A stretch of 64,000 bases of DNA from Isurus oxyrinchus (GCA_026770705.1 JANJGN010000026.1:23808001-23872000), one strand, 5' to 3'. Shown: positions 26,031 through 38,978, counted from the stretch's first letter. The notes: generated from the sequence alone by a model not told the origin. Numbers and translations: made by a program.

Positions 26031-27984
26031 AATGAAAAGTAGAAAGGAGTAGTCAGACCATACTCCATGAACACCGTTTTTAGTTATCGCCGCCAAGTAC
26101 GAATGAGATCTTTGAAGCTTAGCGGTTGTGCAGGAGGCTGATTCTTCAGTTTGAAGATTTTGAGTTGAGAGGAAAAACAAAACCAGTTTTTTTTTTAGCA
26201 CTGTTACCAACTGATTGTTAGTCGCACAGAGTGAAAGCCGGATGAATAAGCCTTCGCTCTAAATTACAGAGTCCAAAACCAGAGAATTTCTTTAGTAATA
26301 ACTAGGGGGAATTGTAGAGGTTCCGGGTTGCCTGGAAGAACAAAGTAAGATGGATCAAACGGCTGCCTCGTCCGCCAGTACCTTATGACTTTGAAATTGG
26401 TCTGCCGCAGTGATAACGCCAAAATCACAAATGAGCCTCTCGGGATGACTTGAGGCAAATTACCCTTCCACGGTTTCTGCACTTTATTAATTAAAGCAAC
26501 AGCAACCTCTTGTGTGGTGATCGGCTGTGTCTATCTCTCTGCGCGCTTTTGTGTAAATGTGTGTTTATCTGTCTGCATCTGTGCGGATTCCGATGTTCTC
26601 GGTGAGGCATGTGCTGTCCAGCGGAGGGCGCTCTTTCATCACTTGATAATGATCAAGATCCCCAGCTACAGGAAGTGGCTGTTCATCCAGATGCAAATGG
26701 GAAGAAATTCCCACTTCTCTGCTGAGATCTCGGCGACGTTTCAGTTTTATTTCCCCCCAGGTGATTTAAGTTTCTGATTCTGGAGCTCAGGCTGGCACTG
26801 CGGAAGTGAAGTTCTGCCTATTTTTGGTTATTGCCCTGACCACTGGTGTGTGATATTGGGAATTCTCTACAATATTCCCCCATAATTGTATAATTTCCCA
26901 ACTCCACCCCGAGGTGATTGCTTCGTCAAATCCGTCGTGTGTCCTCTGTTTATAACCAGAGATGAGTAATGGGGATTCAGTGTCCCATCCAAAGCCAGAA
27001 GTCGCGTCAGAAGAGTACCCGGGAATTTACATAGAAAATGCAGCAGAAAATACGTCCTGATCCTATCGGAATTCTCTAGCCAATATTATTATTTTCAGAA
27101 TAAGGAAAAGTGTAATTTCTCAATCGTTTTAAGTTACGGTCAAGTTCGGATATTTCAAATCACAGTGTTAGCAGAGACCTGAAGATTTCGGAATGAATAA
27201 CAGAATCAGTTTCTTCACGAGTCAGTTTTTGGGTGTGCTGTAAAGACTTAAGGTGATATTTTAAAAGATATCTCACCAGGCCACAGTCATGTTCACTTAA
27301 TCGTGCCCCTCGTTTCCTCCCGCTTTGACTGGTAATGAAACTCATTAACTGTGGCAGTGCTGACAGGGAATCAGAACGATTGCCATTATTTTCCGCTTCA
27401 AATGTCAGCGAATAGAGAGGATGGGGGATGGGATAAGGGGATAGAGAGAGAGAGAGAGAGAGAGACGGGGGGGGGGGGGGGGGGGGCGGTGGAGGGATGT
27501 TGGGGGGGGGGGGGGGGCGTGGGGGGCGGTGGAGAAAGAAAAACTACGTGTTAAACAGACAGAATAAGACCGAGATAAAGGGAGAAGCATTGAAAGAAAT
27601 ATGCTGAGAAAAAGATTCAAGAGAAACCCAGCTGGTTAAGCAAAATGAGTGAAAGCACGACAGATAGAAAGATGGGAAGTGAGGGAGAAGAGAGATTGAT
27701 AGAGAGAGAGAGCGATGGGGACGGAGGGAAGGGGAGGGGGAGAGAGCTGCAAACATAAAGTCAAAGGGAGATAGAGGAAGTGATAAAAAAATGGATTGAC
27801 ACCGAAGCATCCACAGATACAGAGAGAATGAGAGTCAAACAGACAGACAGAGTCTCGCTCACGCAGCTAGGCAAGGGGAAGTTAGGCTGGAGACATCAAT
27901 AATTGGCACACAACTAGCATTGGTTGACATATATTTGTAGGCTGTTCTGAGAGACCAGCCAACCTTGACAAAGAGAAAAGCCCC

Positions 27985-28605
27985 AGAAACTGAACTGGAC
28001 TAGCCATATAAATACAATAGCTACAAGAGCAGGTCAGAGGCTAGGAATTGTGCGGCGAGTACCCCACCTCCTGGCTCCCCAAAATCTGTACACCATTTAT
28101 AAGTCACAAGTTAAAAGTGAGATGGAATACTCCCCACTTGCCCGGATAAGGGCTGCTCCCACAACACTCAAGAAGTTTGACACCGTCCAGGACAAAGTAG
28201 CCCACTTTATTGGCACCACTTGCACAAACATTCACTACTTCCACTACCGATGCACAGTGTCAGCAGTGTTGAAGAAATTCCCCAAGGCTCATTCCACAGC
28301 CCCTTCAAAATCCACGACCACTGCCAACTTGAAGGACAAAGGCAGCAGATTGAAGGGAACGCCACCAATTGGAAACTTCCCTCCAAGTCACTCACCATCC
28401 TGACTTCGAACTATATCGCCGTTCCTTCATTGTCGCTGGGTCAAAACCCTGGAATTCCCTCTCTAACATCACTGTGGGTGTACCTACACCACATGGACTG
28501 CAGCAGTTCAAGAAGACAGCTCATCATCACCTTCTCAAGGACAAGTAGGGATGTGCAATAAAGGCGGACCCAGCCAGCGACACCCACATCCCTTGAAAGG
28601 ATAGA
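27985..28605 (+). mobile_element. CR1/L2-clade LINE 3' end (family of 1-1470)
   Basis: IYKSQVKSEMEYSPLA motif; tail acccacatcccttgaa. Confidence 0.85.
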
Positions 28606-28714
28606 AAAAAATTCTCACAATAAACATATACCCCATTCTCTGAATGTACTGTTTAATGTCAGATTGGAAGAGTCAGCCGATTTAAAAAATCTGTTATTCT
28701 CTAGCATTGTATAC

Positions 28715-29197
28715 ATGAGGCATCATGTGCTCCCCATATTTGTTATTGATAAGAATAGCCGTGCTACCTGTTGAATCTATGTTTAAATGACCAGTTTCTA
28801 TTCTATTGGTTATACTTACTCGCAGAATTCTGAAACCTTTTGTGTTTTTGTTACGGGAACGAGTGGCAAGCATTTAGTGGCTCAGGAACCGCCAAAATTA
28901 ACGGTGCAAGAAAGACAGACCCTGATATTAGCTGCAGATGCTCCACGTACTGTCGTAATTCCTATCTCTACTGAAATGTCCAGTATCCAGGGGCAGTTCT
29001 GCGCTATTTAATGAAGAGGTTCAGCAAGGGACAGAGAGATAAGTCTCCAGATTTCCTCGACCTGTTCTCTGCTGTTTTGAGCAGACAAAAAATACTGACC
29101 CTGAAAAGTTCCCGGTTCTCTAGTCTCTGTCTCCACCGTCTATCACTGCGCGCTGAGCCTTGGTGTTAGAGAGGCGCTGTCAGGCCACACAAGATCC
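28715..29197 (+). pseudogene. TCR V pseudogene
   Basis: Leader-like ATG 28715; mutated acceptor (ttacgg); TSGKHLVAQEPPKLTVQE...QYPG...VYHCALS with frameshifts and a stop; RSS cttggtg(29159)-23-acaagatcc. Confidence 0.8.
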
Positions 29198-29713
29198 GAC
29201 GGAAAACTCTCACTTTTTTTTTCATTGCATCAATTTTGGCCCTGAATTGTTTACTGAACAGAACCCAAGCTAATGATTAGTTTTGTGAAATTGCATTTCT
29301 GTGTTGCAGACCCCATTATAGTCCATCTGTTTAATATTCCTCTTAATATCAGCTGTGCGAATTTCCCATGGTCAGTTAATGCGAGTCTCCGGCATTGGTG
29401 GACAACATTAAGGACAACATTAACTATTCTCCCTCACTGTCACCACTTCACACTGTCTCTGCGAGAGACCCAGAATTCAGTTCAATCCTCGGCTCAGTCC
29501 CCTTGGAGGGGACGAAGACTTCGCTGATTCGCTGCAGCACGCTCTGACGCAGGCAAAATGCGTGCAGCTGTTTGGACATCACTTGCTGAGACTTTCAGAA
29601 ATTAACCAATCGCTGAAGAGACCGGGTACAAATGAAAATCTTCCAAACCCTTCACTGAAACATTTACAGATTCACCCTATTCTGTTTCAATCTGCCATCA
29701 GCTCGCTACAAAT

Positions 29714-30228
29714 ATGTTGGGTTTTATTTTTTATTCATTTCTCACAGCTACAGCTCTCTTACCCGGTAAGTCTACAAGTTATAGAATCTTCCTCTTGCAG
29801 GTATCATTAATATTTTTTAAATTCAGTTTTATTCCTATTTAGAATGTGTTCCCTCACTTAACCTAATAAGCTGGGATAAAGTAATAAAATCTTAAAGTTC
29901 CTTAATTTTTCATTTCTGCAGGTGTAAGTGGTGCAGACTCGGTCTCACAGCGGCCAAATGCAGCGATGCAGTTTGAAGGAGACTCGGTGACCATTCATTA
30001 CAGCTATTCCACCACTGCTACTACATATTCCTTACAGTTATACCGTCAGCACCGGGGTAAAGCCCCCACATTCTTAATCTACATCCAGAATTACGGAAAT
30101 GTTTTCAGGGCAAAGGACGTGGGGACTCGATTTTCTGGATCTCTTGACACTTCGAAAAGTGAGGGGAATTTCACCATCAGTGACCTGCGGCTGTCTGACA
30201 GCGCGGTGTATCACTGCGGGCTGACAGA
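29714..30228 (+). CDS. TCR alpha/delta-like V segment, open, non-canonical (no 1st Cys, no Trp41); exons 29714-29765 and 29922-30228
   Basis: Leader MLGFIFYSFLTATALLP|gtaagt, phase-1 intron, GVSGADSVSQ...VTIHYSY...LQLYRQ...LSDSAVYHCGL, no stops. Confidence 0.9.
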
Positions 30229-30267
30229 CACAGTGACAGGAACCAGAGGGGGCCCCGTACAAAAACA
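30229..30267 (+). other. 23-RSS
   Basis: CACAGTG-23 bp-ACAAAAACA. Confidence 0.95.
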
Positions 30268-31017
30268 GTGCTGCAATATTTCAAAGTGAATTGAGTAGCG
30301 GACTGTGTGGCGATATACAGGGAATGCTCGTTCTTCTCCAAGTAAAGCAACCAGGCAATCTGTTCACAAGGCAACTCCCATCAACTCTGAGTAGGTGAGT
30401 TCAAATGCAGAATTTATTCACTCTATAATTCAGCAGGATAAACCCTGCGCAGGTCTTTTGGTAACCCGGCCTGTTAATGTCTGATACATAGGAATTTTTC
30501 TCTGTTTATTACCCGTGTATTTTCACCCTCTATTAAGTGTGCCACTAACACAAGAATTACAAGTTAAGATCTACTCGTTGTGTGAGTGCAGTAGAATGTT
30601 GATCAAACCCGACTTCATCACAGTCAACAAGCTCAGTCTAATTTGTGATAATGAGTGAAATAACTGAAAATCTCCATCTACATTCACACACCTCTATTTC
30701 TTTCTTTGAGAAGACCTTCATGCCGATTCATTAAAGTTCACACTGTCTCTCAGGTCAATTAGAGATCAAGCTGTCTTTCTCTCTGATCAGCAGAATGCGA
30801 CGTTGAAGTCTCAGTTCTCTGTAATAAAGACTTTCACCATGTGGTGACGAAAATGACATCAGTCCAATCAGATCCAGTGATCGCAGCTTCTCCAATCGTA
30901 TGTTCTGCAGGAAGTTACATCAGACCAGCCTCAGCCAATGCTGTCAGACTATTCTTGTTCGATACTCTGCAGGTTTCTGAGGCACAAAAAGTCCCTTGAA
31001 TTCCCGGAGCAGCAGCA

Positions 31018-31800
31018 ATGCGAGTCTCCGTTCTCCCTGTGATCTGAGTGACATTCACTGCCTGTAAGAAGTTTAACACTTTTAAAAGGATTTAATTTTC
31101 GGATGAATGACTTTAAAAATAAGGGAGTTCATGTGAAAAATGCAGCAGATCTTACAGCACACTTGAACTATTGTGAGCAATTCTGACCTCTTCCTTACAG
31201 GAGGAATTTAAAGATGCATAGGCACAATTCAGCAAGGCATTACAGTGATGATGCCAGGTTTGAGAGGTAAAGAAAACACTGCGCAGACTGGCCTCCTAAC
31301 CTATGTTAAAGTGAAGACAGATGGGTAACCAAACAGAGTTATTTTAATGATGATGGAGTTTGAAAGGGTAGACATGGAGATGTTTCCACTTGTAATTAAT
31401 TCAAAACTGTGGGGTATATAAGTGACCAAAAGATCCAACATGGAGTTCAGGAGAAATTTATTTATCCAGAGATGGGATGGAATATGTAAATCACTATCAC
31501 CAGCAGGGCTGAGGCGAACTAATGCATTTAAGGGACAAGAAGGGTGAATGGAATAGGATGATATGCTGAGAGAGTGAAATAAAGAGGGATAGGCTCGTTG
31601 GAATTGTAAACACTGAAATATTGAGTAAGGTGCCATTTCTTGTGGTGTAGTTTGTATACCATCTTTTGTAGTATTGTTTGCGAAAATCCACCGTTAGTTC
31701 AATTCAGTTGAACTTTTAATCTCTAATTTCTGTTTTCTTTAACCGTGTGTTCCAGATCTGAGTGATGCAGATTCTATTATTCAGCGAGAGGCCTCAATCT
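31018..31800 (+). pseudogene. Truncated TCR V pseudogene, paralog of 44763 V
   Basis: Promoter, leader and acceptor match 44540-45540; leader has in-frame TGA; V exon (from 31756) stops after ~45 nt. Confidence 0.85.
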
Positions 31801-31983
31801 GCAGTTTGTTCTCTCTGCCACTGCTGGAAACTATTGGGTGACTGTTTGATCCGAGATGAATGTGCTTTCCTCTTGGTTTGTGCTTGAGCGGCTGATAGCA
31901 CAGCTGAACATTGTGGCTGCATCTGCCCGAGATTCTACACATAAACCCAAACAGACAGGAGCTCCGACTCACAGTTCAAAGAC

Positions 31984-32469
31984 TGTTTGTGCACAGGTAT
32001 GAGACTGTTTTCCATCGCTATGAGTCTGACAAAGCAGCAATACAGGACAGCGTCAGTCAACTGCAGACCCGAGATGATTAAACTGGTGAATTTCGTGGAG
32101 GCCTGGAGCTCGAATGAGAAATGTATTTGGGCAAAATCTGTTTTTTCTTCATAACCACTCGTAGATTTCAGCAATATAAACAGGAGCTGGGGGCCTAGAT
32201 GTTGCCTGTACAAGTATAGCCAATAGCTGCTTTGTATCATATGATAACTGCAGCTTAAAGTCACCGCTTCTCCTTTTGCCTTTGCATCTGAGGATAGTGG
32301 CTCTTACAGAATTTCGATGAATTAGATCTGAACAACTTGCTGAAGCACAAAAAAATCAGAACATTTAAGAGATGTGTGGGAAGTGAGAAAAATAAAGATG
32401 AAATGTGCGTTGTCCAAAATTACCTGTCAGAAATGCTCCCCACACAATACAGATGTTGAGTAGTCGCAT
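31984..32469 (-). pseudogene. TCR V pseudogene with 23-RSS
   Basis: Leader MRLLNICIVWGAFLT|gtaatt (32424-32469); FR1 frameshift; VTLSCSY...YLYRQ...LQLTDAVLYCCFVR; RSS catagcg-23-gcacaaaca (31984-32022). Confidence 0.88.
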
Positions 32470-33024
32470 TGTCGCTGTCCACTCTGTAAAAGGGGAGTTG
32501 GATAGTTGAAGACACCCGTTTCAAAACCCCAACCTCAATAATCTGCTTTCGTGTCTCAGGATGTTCTCACCTCACTTCTTTCTGTCCCCAGTGGTGCTGT
32601 GAGTGCAGTAGGTCGTGATCTGGTCCTCAGTGAATGTGAACACCCCGAGCTGCACTACGGTCAGTGTTTTACAGGGGAAATGGCTCAGCTTTTAGAGACC
32701 GAGAATGGTGTTCTAGCTGTCAGTGAATTTAATCATCCAGAGCTGGGTGATATTTAGTGCCCCTAAAGGGGGAATGGTTCTGCTTTAGATATCAGTGTAA
32801 CAGTGGCTTATTATTGTAACCAGGAAGCACAAGGCTGACCTGACCGGGAGGAGACTCGGAACAGTGACTCTGCTGACCTTTCCCTCAAGCATCAGTTAAC
32901 TATTGAGCTAAGGACGATTCTGTGTTTTGTCTCAGTGATTTTGAGATCCGTGTTATTATAACCGTGATATCTATTGTTACTGAACAGGTAATTGAACAAA
33001 GCTAAAGAAACAATCCTGGAGGAT

Positions 33025-33355
33025 TTCACCCATGGCTCCTTCGACAGCAATTTCCAAACCTACGACCACTACCATCTAGAAGGATAAGGGCAGTAGATGG
33101 ATGGGAACACCACCACCTGCAGATTCCCCTCCCAGTCATGCATCATCCTGATTTGGAAATATGTCACTGTTCCTTCACTGTCGCTGGGTCGAAATCCTGG
33201 AACTCCCCCCTTAACAACACTGTGGGTGTACCTACACCACATGGACAACAGCGGTTAAAGAAGGCAGTTCACCACCAAATTCTCAAGGGCAATTAGGGAA
33301 GGGCAATAAATGCTGGTCTAGCCAGTGAAGCCCACATCACGTGAGTGAATAAAAC
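33025..33355 (+). mobile_element. LINE 3' tail fragment (family of 1-1470)
   Basis: Matches 28290-28600; ends gggcaataaatgctgg...cccacatc. Confidence 0.85.
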
Positions 33356-33784
33356 AACAGCTCTCCCTCTAATTTAAACAATATTTCGAGTACTGACCCC
33401 TGCTGCTGTTTATTTAAAATTTTGTTTAAAACTCGGTCATAGATTCTACCCATCTTTGTGCAAGTAAGGATATATTTAAACAGCCATAACTTTCAGACTT
33501 CGGGTTTGCAAATAGAGAGAAAAGAGATCGTGTCACATCGACTCTGTGCAGCCAGTTACAGAAGACAGAACGCTCCCAGCGGGTCAAAGCTCCCAGGGTG
33601 AGGTGCAGAGTGAATATTCATTAACAAGAGCTTAACACCCACTGGGCATGAAAAGCAGTACTTACAATGGTCATTCGGGTTAGAAAAGGATGTGGTGCAG
33701 AGAGAAACAAAATAAAATGGTTTTGAATTGTCTTTCGCTCCTTTATCATTGATCCCCACCCTCAGTACAGTGAATGGCTTCAGA

Positions 33785-33950
33785 AATCACAGCTCATCAC
33801 ATATTTCCTTCATATTTTAATATCCCTTTCCCCTTCAGAACTATCAGCTCAGGGTGTCCATCCTTTATATTTTAATATCCCTTTCCTCCTCTTTAGAAAT
33901 CCCAACTCAGGTGTATCTTTCCTTCCTATTTTAATATCCCTTTCCCTATC
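33785..33950. repeat. ~56-bp tandem repeat, 3 units
   Basis: Core tattttaatatccctttcc occurs three times. Confidence 0.8.
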
Positions 33951-36003
33951 CTCCACACCTTTCACTCACTTGCTTTGCCCAGTGATTAACATCAGATTTT
34001 AATCCATTGGTATGACTTTCTGAGGATCATTAAGGAAGAGCTGCTGTTGAGGAAAAGCAGAGATAGGCTGCTGACTGTGATTGATGTACTTTGAAAATAC
34101 ACTGAGAATTAAACTCGGGGTATCTGGCCCTCACCATGGACCTGTCTTAATGCAAGGCAAACATGCAAAACTTTCAATAGCTTCATTTGCCATCCTAGCC
34201 TTCTTAAGCCAGAATAGTCACATGAAGATAAAAAGGTGCATGAAGACAAAAAGGTGAATGTCCCAATTGTCATGTTTCAAGACAATGGTTAGAATCATAA
34301 AATTACGGAGTGGTTACAGCACAGGGGAAGATCATTCATACCATCTTATCCGTGTCAGCCCACTGTGAGAGCAGCTAAGCCAGAATCATTGCGTTTTTCC
34401 CATAGTCATGCAAATCGTTTCTGAAATTCCAGCAAGATCAGATCTCTGGAAAATCTTTTCTTATGGTTGATCGATTTGCTTTTTGATGTTTTAATTTTCC
34501 AGAGATCGGCTAACAATCAATAGCCTCCTATCTGTTTGTTCTCCGGCATCTAACCAGGTAGCTGACGTTTTCCTCAATGACACGTCCAATATTCGGGCTG
34601 GTTGCAGTTTGCAAATGTCAAAAGCGATTGGTGACAATTCACTTCGGTGGTGCAGTCAGGTCCTCACAATCTGCCTGAAATCAAACTTCACCCACTGCGG
34701 CTCTGTGTTGAAATCTGCCCAGATAAAGTGGATCCACACCTACCTTTCTCGAGGAAGGTGACTGGACTGAGCAGTGAGTCAGAAAGTTCACCTTTTAAGG
34801 CACTCGGGACTAATGAATTCAAGGGAGAAGTCAGTGTTATTGCTGTCGGTGAACGGATCCATCCAGCCGATGGGGGCGCGGTGTCGGGAGGGGGCCCGGG
34901 GTGGGGGGAGGGGGTGGGGTGGGGGGGGGGGGGGGTGGGTTGGCGAGAGCGGGGGGTGGGGGGGGTGGTAATACAAACAATTAATGCAGATGAAATAAAA
35001 TGCAAAATTGCCTTAATAATTGAACAGTAAGAAGGTAGAATGGAGAACATGCCGACCTGCTGGTGTTGCTATAATAGCTGCAGGTGAATGTGAAAGAGAT
35101 CCGAGAGTCAAGAGGGTTCCGATTTGCAGGGAATGCAGTTGAGAATACCTTGGATACTGGCAGTAAGGGATATCTTTTTATGATACCCTGACATTGGCAG
35201 GGTCCAAAGGATATCATACCTGTCTACACTGTTTAAGTGCAGCCTTTACCTATACAGCACATGGATAAAACAGGCGTGAGGAAGTTGCTTCAATAATACT
35301 ATGCCCAATGAAAATGATATAACTCCACCTCTCTATGAGAACCATGTTCATCCCAGGTTCACGAAATGAATTCCAATGTTATTATTTAGCTGCAAATACA
35401 TTCACCATTGAGCTTGGGTTGAAGTGTGTGGGTGAAAGCAGATTTTGGATGACAGAAAAATGCCAACCCAATCCGAATTATAATCCATTGTCATGGTAAG
35501 TGTATTTAATCCCAAACTGTCAACTTGAGGTAACTAGCTTATTTGTAATCAAGTAAAGTATGACATTTTTAGCATTAGCAAAATAGAATATTATGAAATT
35601 CAAACCGAAGGGCTGAAGGTAATTTTTTCATGAATTTAGATGGAAGCAAATGCCAGTCAGCATTCTTTGGGACAATATGACCTGTGGTAGACACAGCGAC
35701 CCGGCAGCTCCACCTGGTAAGGGGATCACAGAGATCATTGCTTACGATTTGTGTTCTCTCTGTTTCCATTATTCAGTCTGATTCAGGATAACGAACCAGA
35801 CGCTCCTCCCACCTTCCAACAAATCTGAGGCGAGAACCTCCCTCATACTTCACTCTGTGAAGTGAAGCCCCAGAAGCCTGTTTCTAGCAGGTACAGTGTT
35901 CTAGTGTTCGTTAAGATTCATGCGCAACAGCAGTGACTTCAGAAGCAGCTACCCTGACCTGGATCTGCCGACAGTTAATTTACCCAAGTTGATAGGACAC
36001 GAC

Positions 36004-36830
36004 ATGAAGCTAAGCTTCATTTTATTGATGGCCTTTCTGGATTTCGCACTCTGTCCTCCACGTGATTGCAGCTCACATCATTAGATACATTATGACTATA
36101 CTATCATATATAGTGCAATGTATATTATTCGTCTATGGGGTATGGGTGTCGCTGGCTGGGCCACCATTTATTACCCATTGCTCCCTAGTTGACCTTGTTC
36201 AGAGTGCATTTAAGAGTCAACCACGTTGCGGTGGGACTGGAGTCACATGCTGGTCAGGCCAAGTAAGGATGGTAGATTTCCTGCCCTACAGAGCATAAAT
36301 GAACCAGATGGGTTTTTACGACAACTGACAGTGGTTTCATCGTCATATTCCCAGATTTGTATTGAATTCAAATTTCACAATTTGCTGGGGTTCGCAATAC
36401 ATATTATGCTATATTCTGTTGGATTGCATTTTGCTGTATTCTACCACTTGTATTTTGTTATTTTGTATTTTATTGTTGTATGTTATAAGGAATTGCGTTA
36501 TGTTTTACTAATTATGTGACATTATATCTAATGCAACTGGCAGTGATAGAACATGATAGTCTGCAGTTGTTTCAGAAGGGGACATTGTATCATTGACCTG
36601 TTTTATCACAGTAGCAGGGTGGATCCTACAATGGTACAGACAATATCCGGACTGAACAGTGCAGCACCTGGCGAGAAGTACCAGTGATCGGAAAAGGATC
36701 AAGGCTTGGCCCAATTTAGCATTGTGAAGTGCTCTGAATGTTAGCAACACTTCAGTGACAGACGGTGCCACCTATTTCTGTTCGTTTGAAACAGAAGGTG
36801 TTACCTCGCAGTAAGGATCATAGAAAAGCC
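36004..36830 (+). pseudogene. TCR V pseudogene with SINE in the leader intron
   Basis: Leader MKLSFILLMAFLDFAL; VVSEGDIVSLTCF...LQWYRQYPD*...SVTDGATYFCSF; RSS cagaagg-23-agaaaagcc (36792-36830). Confidence 0.8.
36128..36395 (-). mobile_element. tRNA-type SINE (partial)
   Basis: Homologous to 50725-51057. Confidence 0.75.
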
Positions 36831-37149
36831 TTCTGTGGGAGAGGGTGACAATTTGTAGCCTCTGCCCTCATCAAAGAACTGGGAATTTGATAACAATCTC
36901 CCTGGAAAAGGGCCATCAGTCCCCTAATAAGTGAATACTGCCCTCAGCAGGATTCATACTATAAAATCAGACCAGAAGGGTCAACATCCGTTTAATATTC
37001 ATTTATTTCCTGTCAAAATGGAAATCAGACACCATGTGTTCCCCATGTTCCTTCTGAAAATGTGTTCAGTGGGCCAATGTTGAAATAATCATTGGATATT
37101 TCATGCTTACATCTAGTCCTAAATTTTGGCGCATTCTGTGCTTTGTTAC

Positions 37150-37325
37150 TGGCAAGAGGGAGAGAGAAAGTGAGAGTCCCTGCATCTCTCTGGGTTAACA
37201 GTCTGGAAGAAAAGGTAGTTATGTTAGGCTGCAGTTACTGCATACCTGATAACTTTCTCTAGCTCTGCTGGCACATTAATATTCCGGGTGAGATTCGAGA
37301 TATTTACTGAGGAGGTGTAGCTCGA
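37150..37325 (+). pseudogene. 5'-half V remnant
   Basis: VNSLEEKVVMLGCSYC...LCWHINIPG..RYLLRR, then abruptly runs into the 3' flank of an inverted V. Confidence 0.55.
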
Positions 37326-37494
37326 AGCATTGAGTTAGATCTCAATATTTCCATGCAAGCTCCCTGTTGACGTAGGAAAGGACCAAGAGAGTAATAGAAC
37401 TATTTGAGAAATAAACCTACCAATCTTTCACCGTGGGCTTTCTTGGGATCAAGTTTCCCCACAAAAGAGCACTTTACGGCGTTGTGAGTGCTCA

Positions 37495-37901
37495 GGATTT
37501 TATACGGTGACTTGTCTGTTATTTGATGCTGTGCTTCACTGCACTGTAATAGACCGCACTGGCCTTCACACTCAGACCGCTTATATTGAGGTAACCAGAC
37601 CTTGTAGACCTGTCAGCAGCCATCAGATATTGTCCTGAGAATTTGCCTTCTTTTAGCACCACTGTTCTGCTGATTATAGAGCCAGGAGGCTGTGCCAGTT
37701 TCTGCCGATACCATTGCCTGTAGTCAATATCCAGGGTTTTATATTTACAGTACTGAACCCCCATCTAATACGAAAATAAAAATACCTGGAAAAACTCAGC
37801 AGGTCTGCGGAGAGGAACACAGTTAATGTTGCGAGTCCGTATGACTCTTCAACAGAACTAAGAAAAAATAGAAGAGGTGAAATATAAGCTAGTTTATTTG
37901 G

Positions 37902-37933
<32 letters not shown>

Positions 37934-38978
37934 GGGGGATAGGGGGGGTGGGGCAGTGGGGGTGGAACAAGTAGAGCTGGATAGAGGGCCAGTGATAGGT
38001 GGAGATTTCCAGAAGATGTCATAGACAAAAGCACATAGAGATGTTGATGGTGGTGATATTAGATAAGAAATGTGCTAATAAGTGACATTAAGTGTAGAAA
38101 GCAAGACGAGCAAGGTACAGATACCCTTAGTGGGGTTGGGGTGGGGGGAAGGGATCGAAATAGGCTAAAAGTTAGAGATAAAACAATGGATGGAAATACA
38201 TTTACAAGTAATGGAAATAGGTGGGAAAAGAAAAATCTCTATAAATTATTGGACAAAAGGGGGATCAGAAAGGGGGTGGGGATGGAGGAGAGAGTTCATG
38301 TTCTAAAATTGTTGAACTCAATATTCAGTCCAGAAGGTTGTAAAGTGCCTCGTCAGAAGATGAGGTGCTGTTCCTCCATTTTGCATTGAGTTTCACTGGA
38401 ACATTGCAGGAGGCCAAGGATGGACATGTGGGCATGAGAGCAGGGTGGACATGCATTTCAACACTCCACCTATCACTGGCCCTCTGTCCAGCTCTACTTG
38501 TCCCACCCCCTTAAATATGCTTATATTTCACCTCTCTTCTATTTTTCCTTAGTTCTGTTGAACAGTCATACGGACTTGAAACGTTAATTGTGTTCCTCTC
38601 CACAGATGCTGTCAGACCTGCTGAGTATTTCTCAGGTATTTTTATTTTTGTTTTTGTTTTGGATTTCCAGCATCCACAGTTTTTTGCTTTTACCACATCT
38701 AATACGGTTGTTGTCAGTGGAGACTGAGCTACTGGATCTGCAAATAATTCGACTGTGGAGGTAGAGAAACAAAAGAGCACGAGCTTAAATCTAAACCTGT
38801 GTCTATCTGTATGTATGTGCAAATCCCCACCTACCAAGCTGTCCATAATATGGATGTACCCGATCGCTAGCCGCATTAAATCCTCGTGCAAAGTCTTTGA
38901 ATCAACCTGCTAACTTGCCTTGATGAACATGACCCAATGCTTACTGTCCAACAGCGTGGCCAGTATTATCAGAAACAT
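37495..38978 (-). pseudogene. TCR V pseudogene interrupted by a PLE; paralog of 50219 V
   Basis: Leader MFLIILATLLD|gtaagc (38945-38978); exon from 38752 ADPVAQSPL; resumes 37772 CKY...QWYRQ...SAVYYSAVK; RSS cacagca-23-ataaaatcc (37495-37533). Confidence 0.9.
37773..38692 (-). mobile_element. Penelope-like element with inverted terminal repeat, inserted in V FR1
   Basis: Reverse complement of 13010-13660 plus inverted tail 38465-38690; TSD ccccatctaatacg (37759-37772) / ccacatctaatacg (38693-38706). Confidence 0.9.

Noticed and set aside
26190-26490. Possible very degenerate minus-strand V remnant
   Set aside because: Only faint hints (YWR, KFSG, ctctgtgcg); no Cys/Trp frame and no RSS
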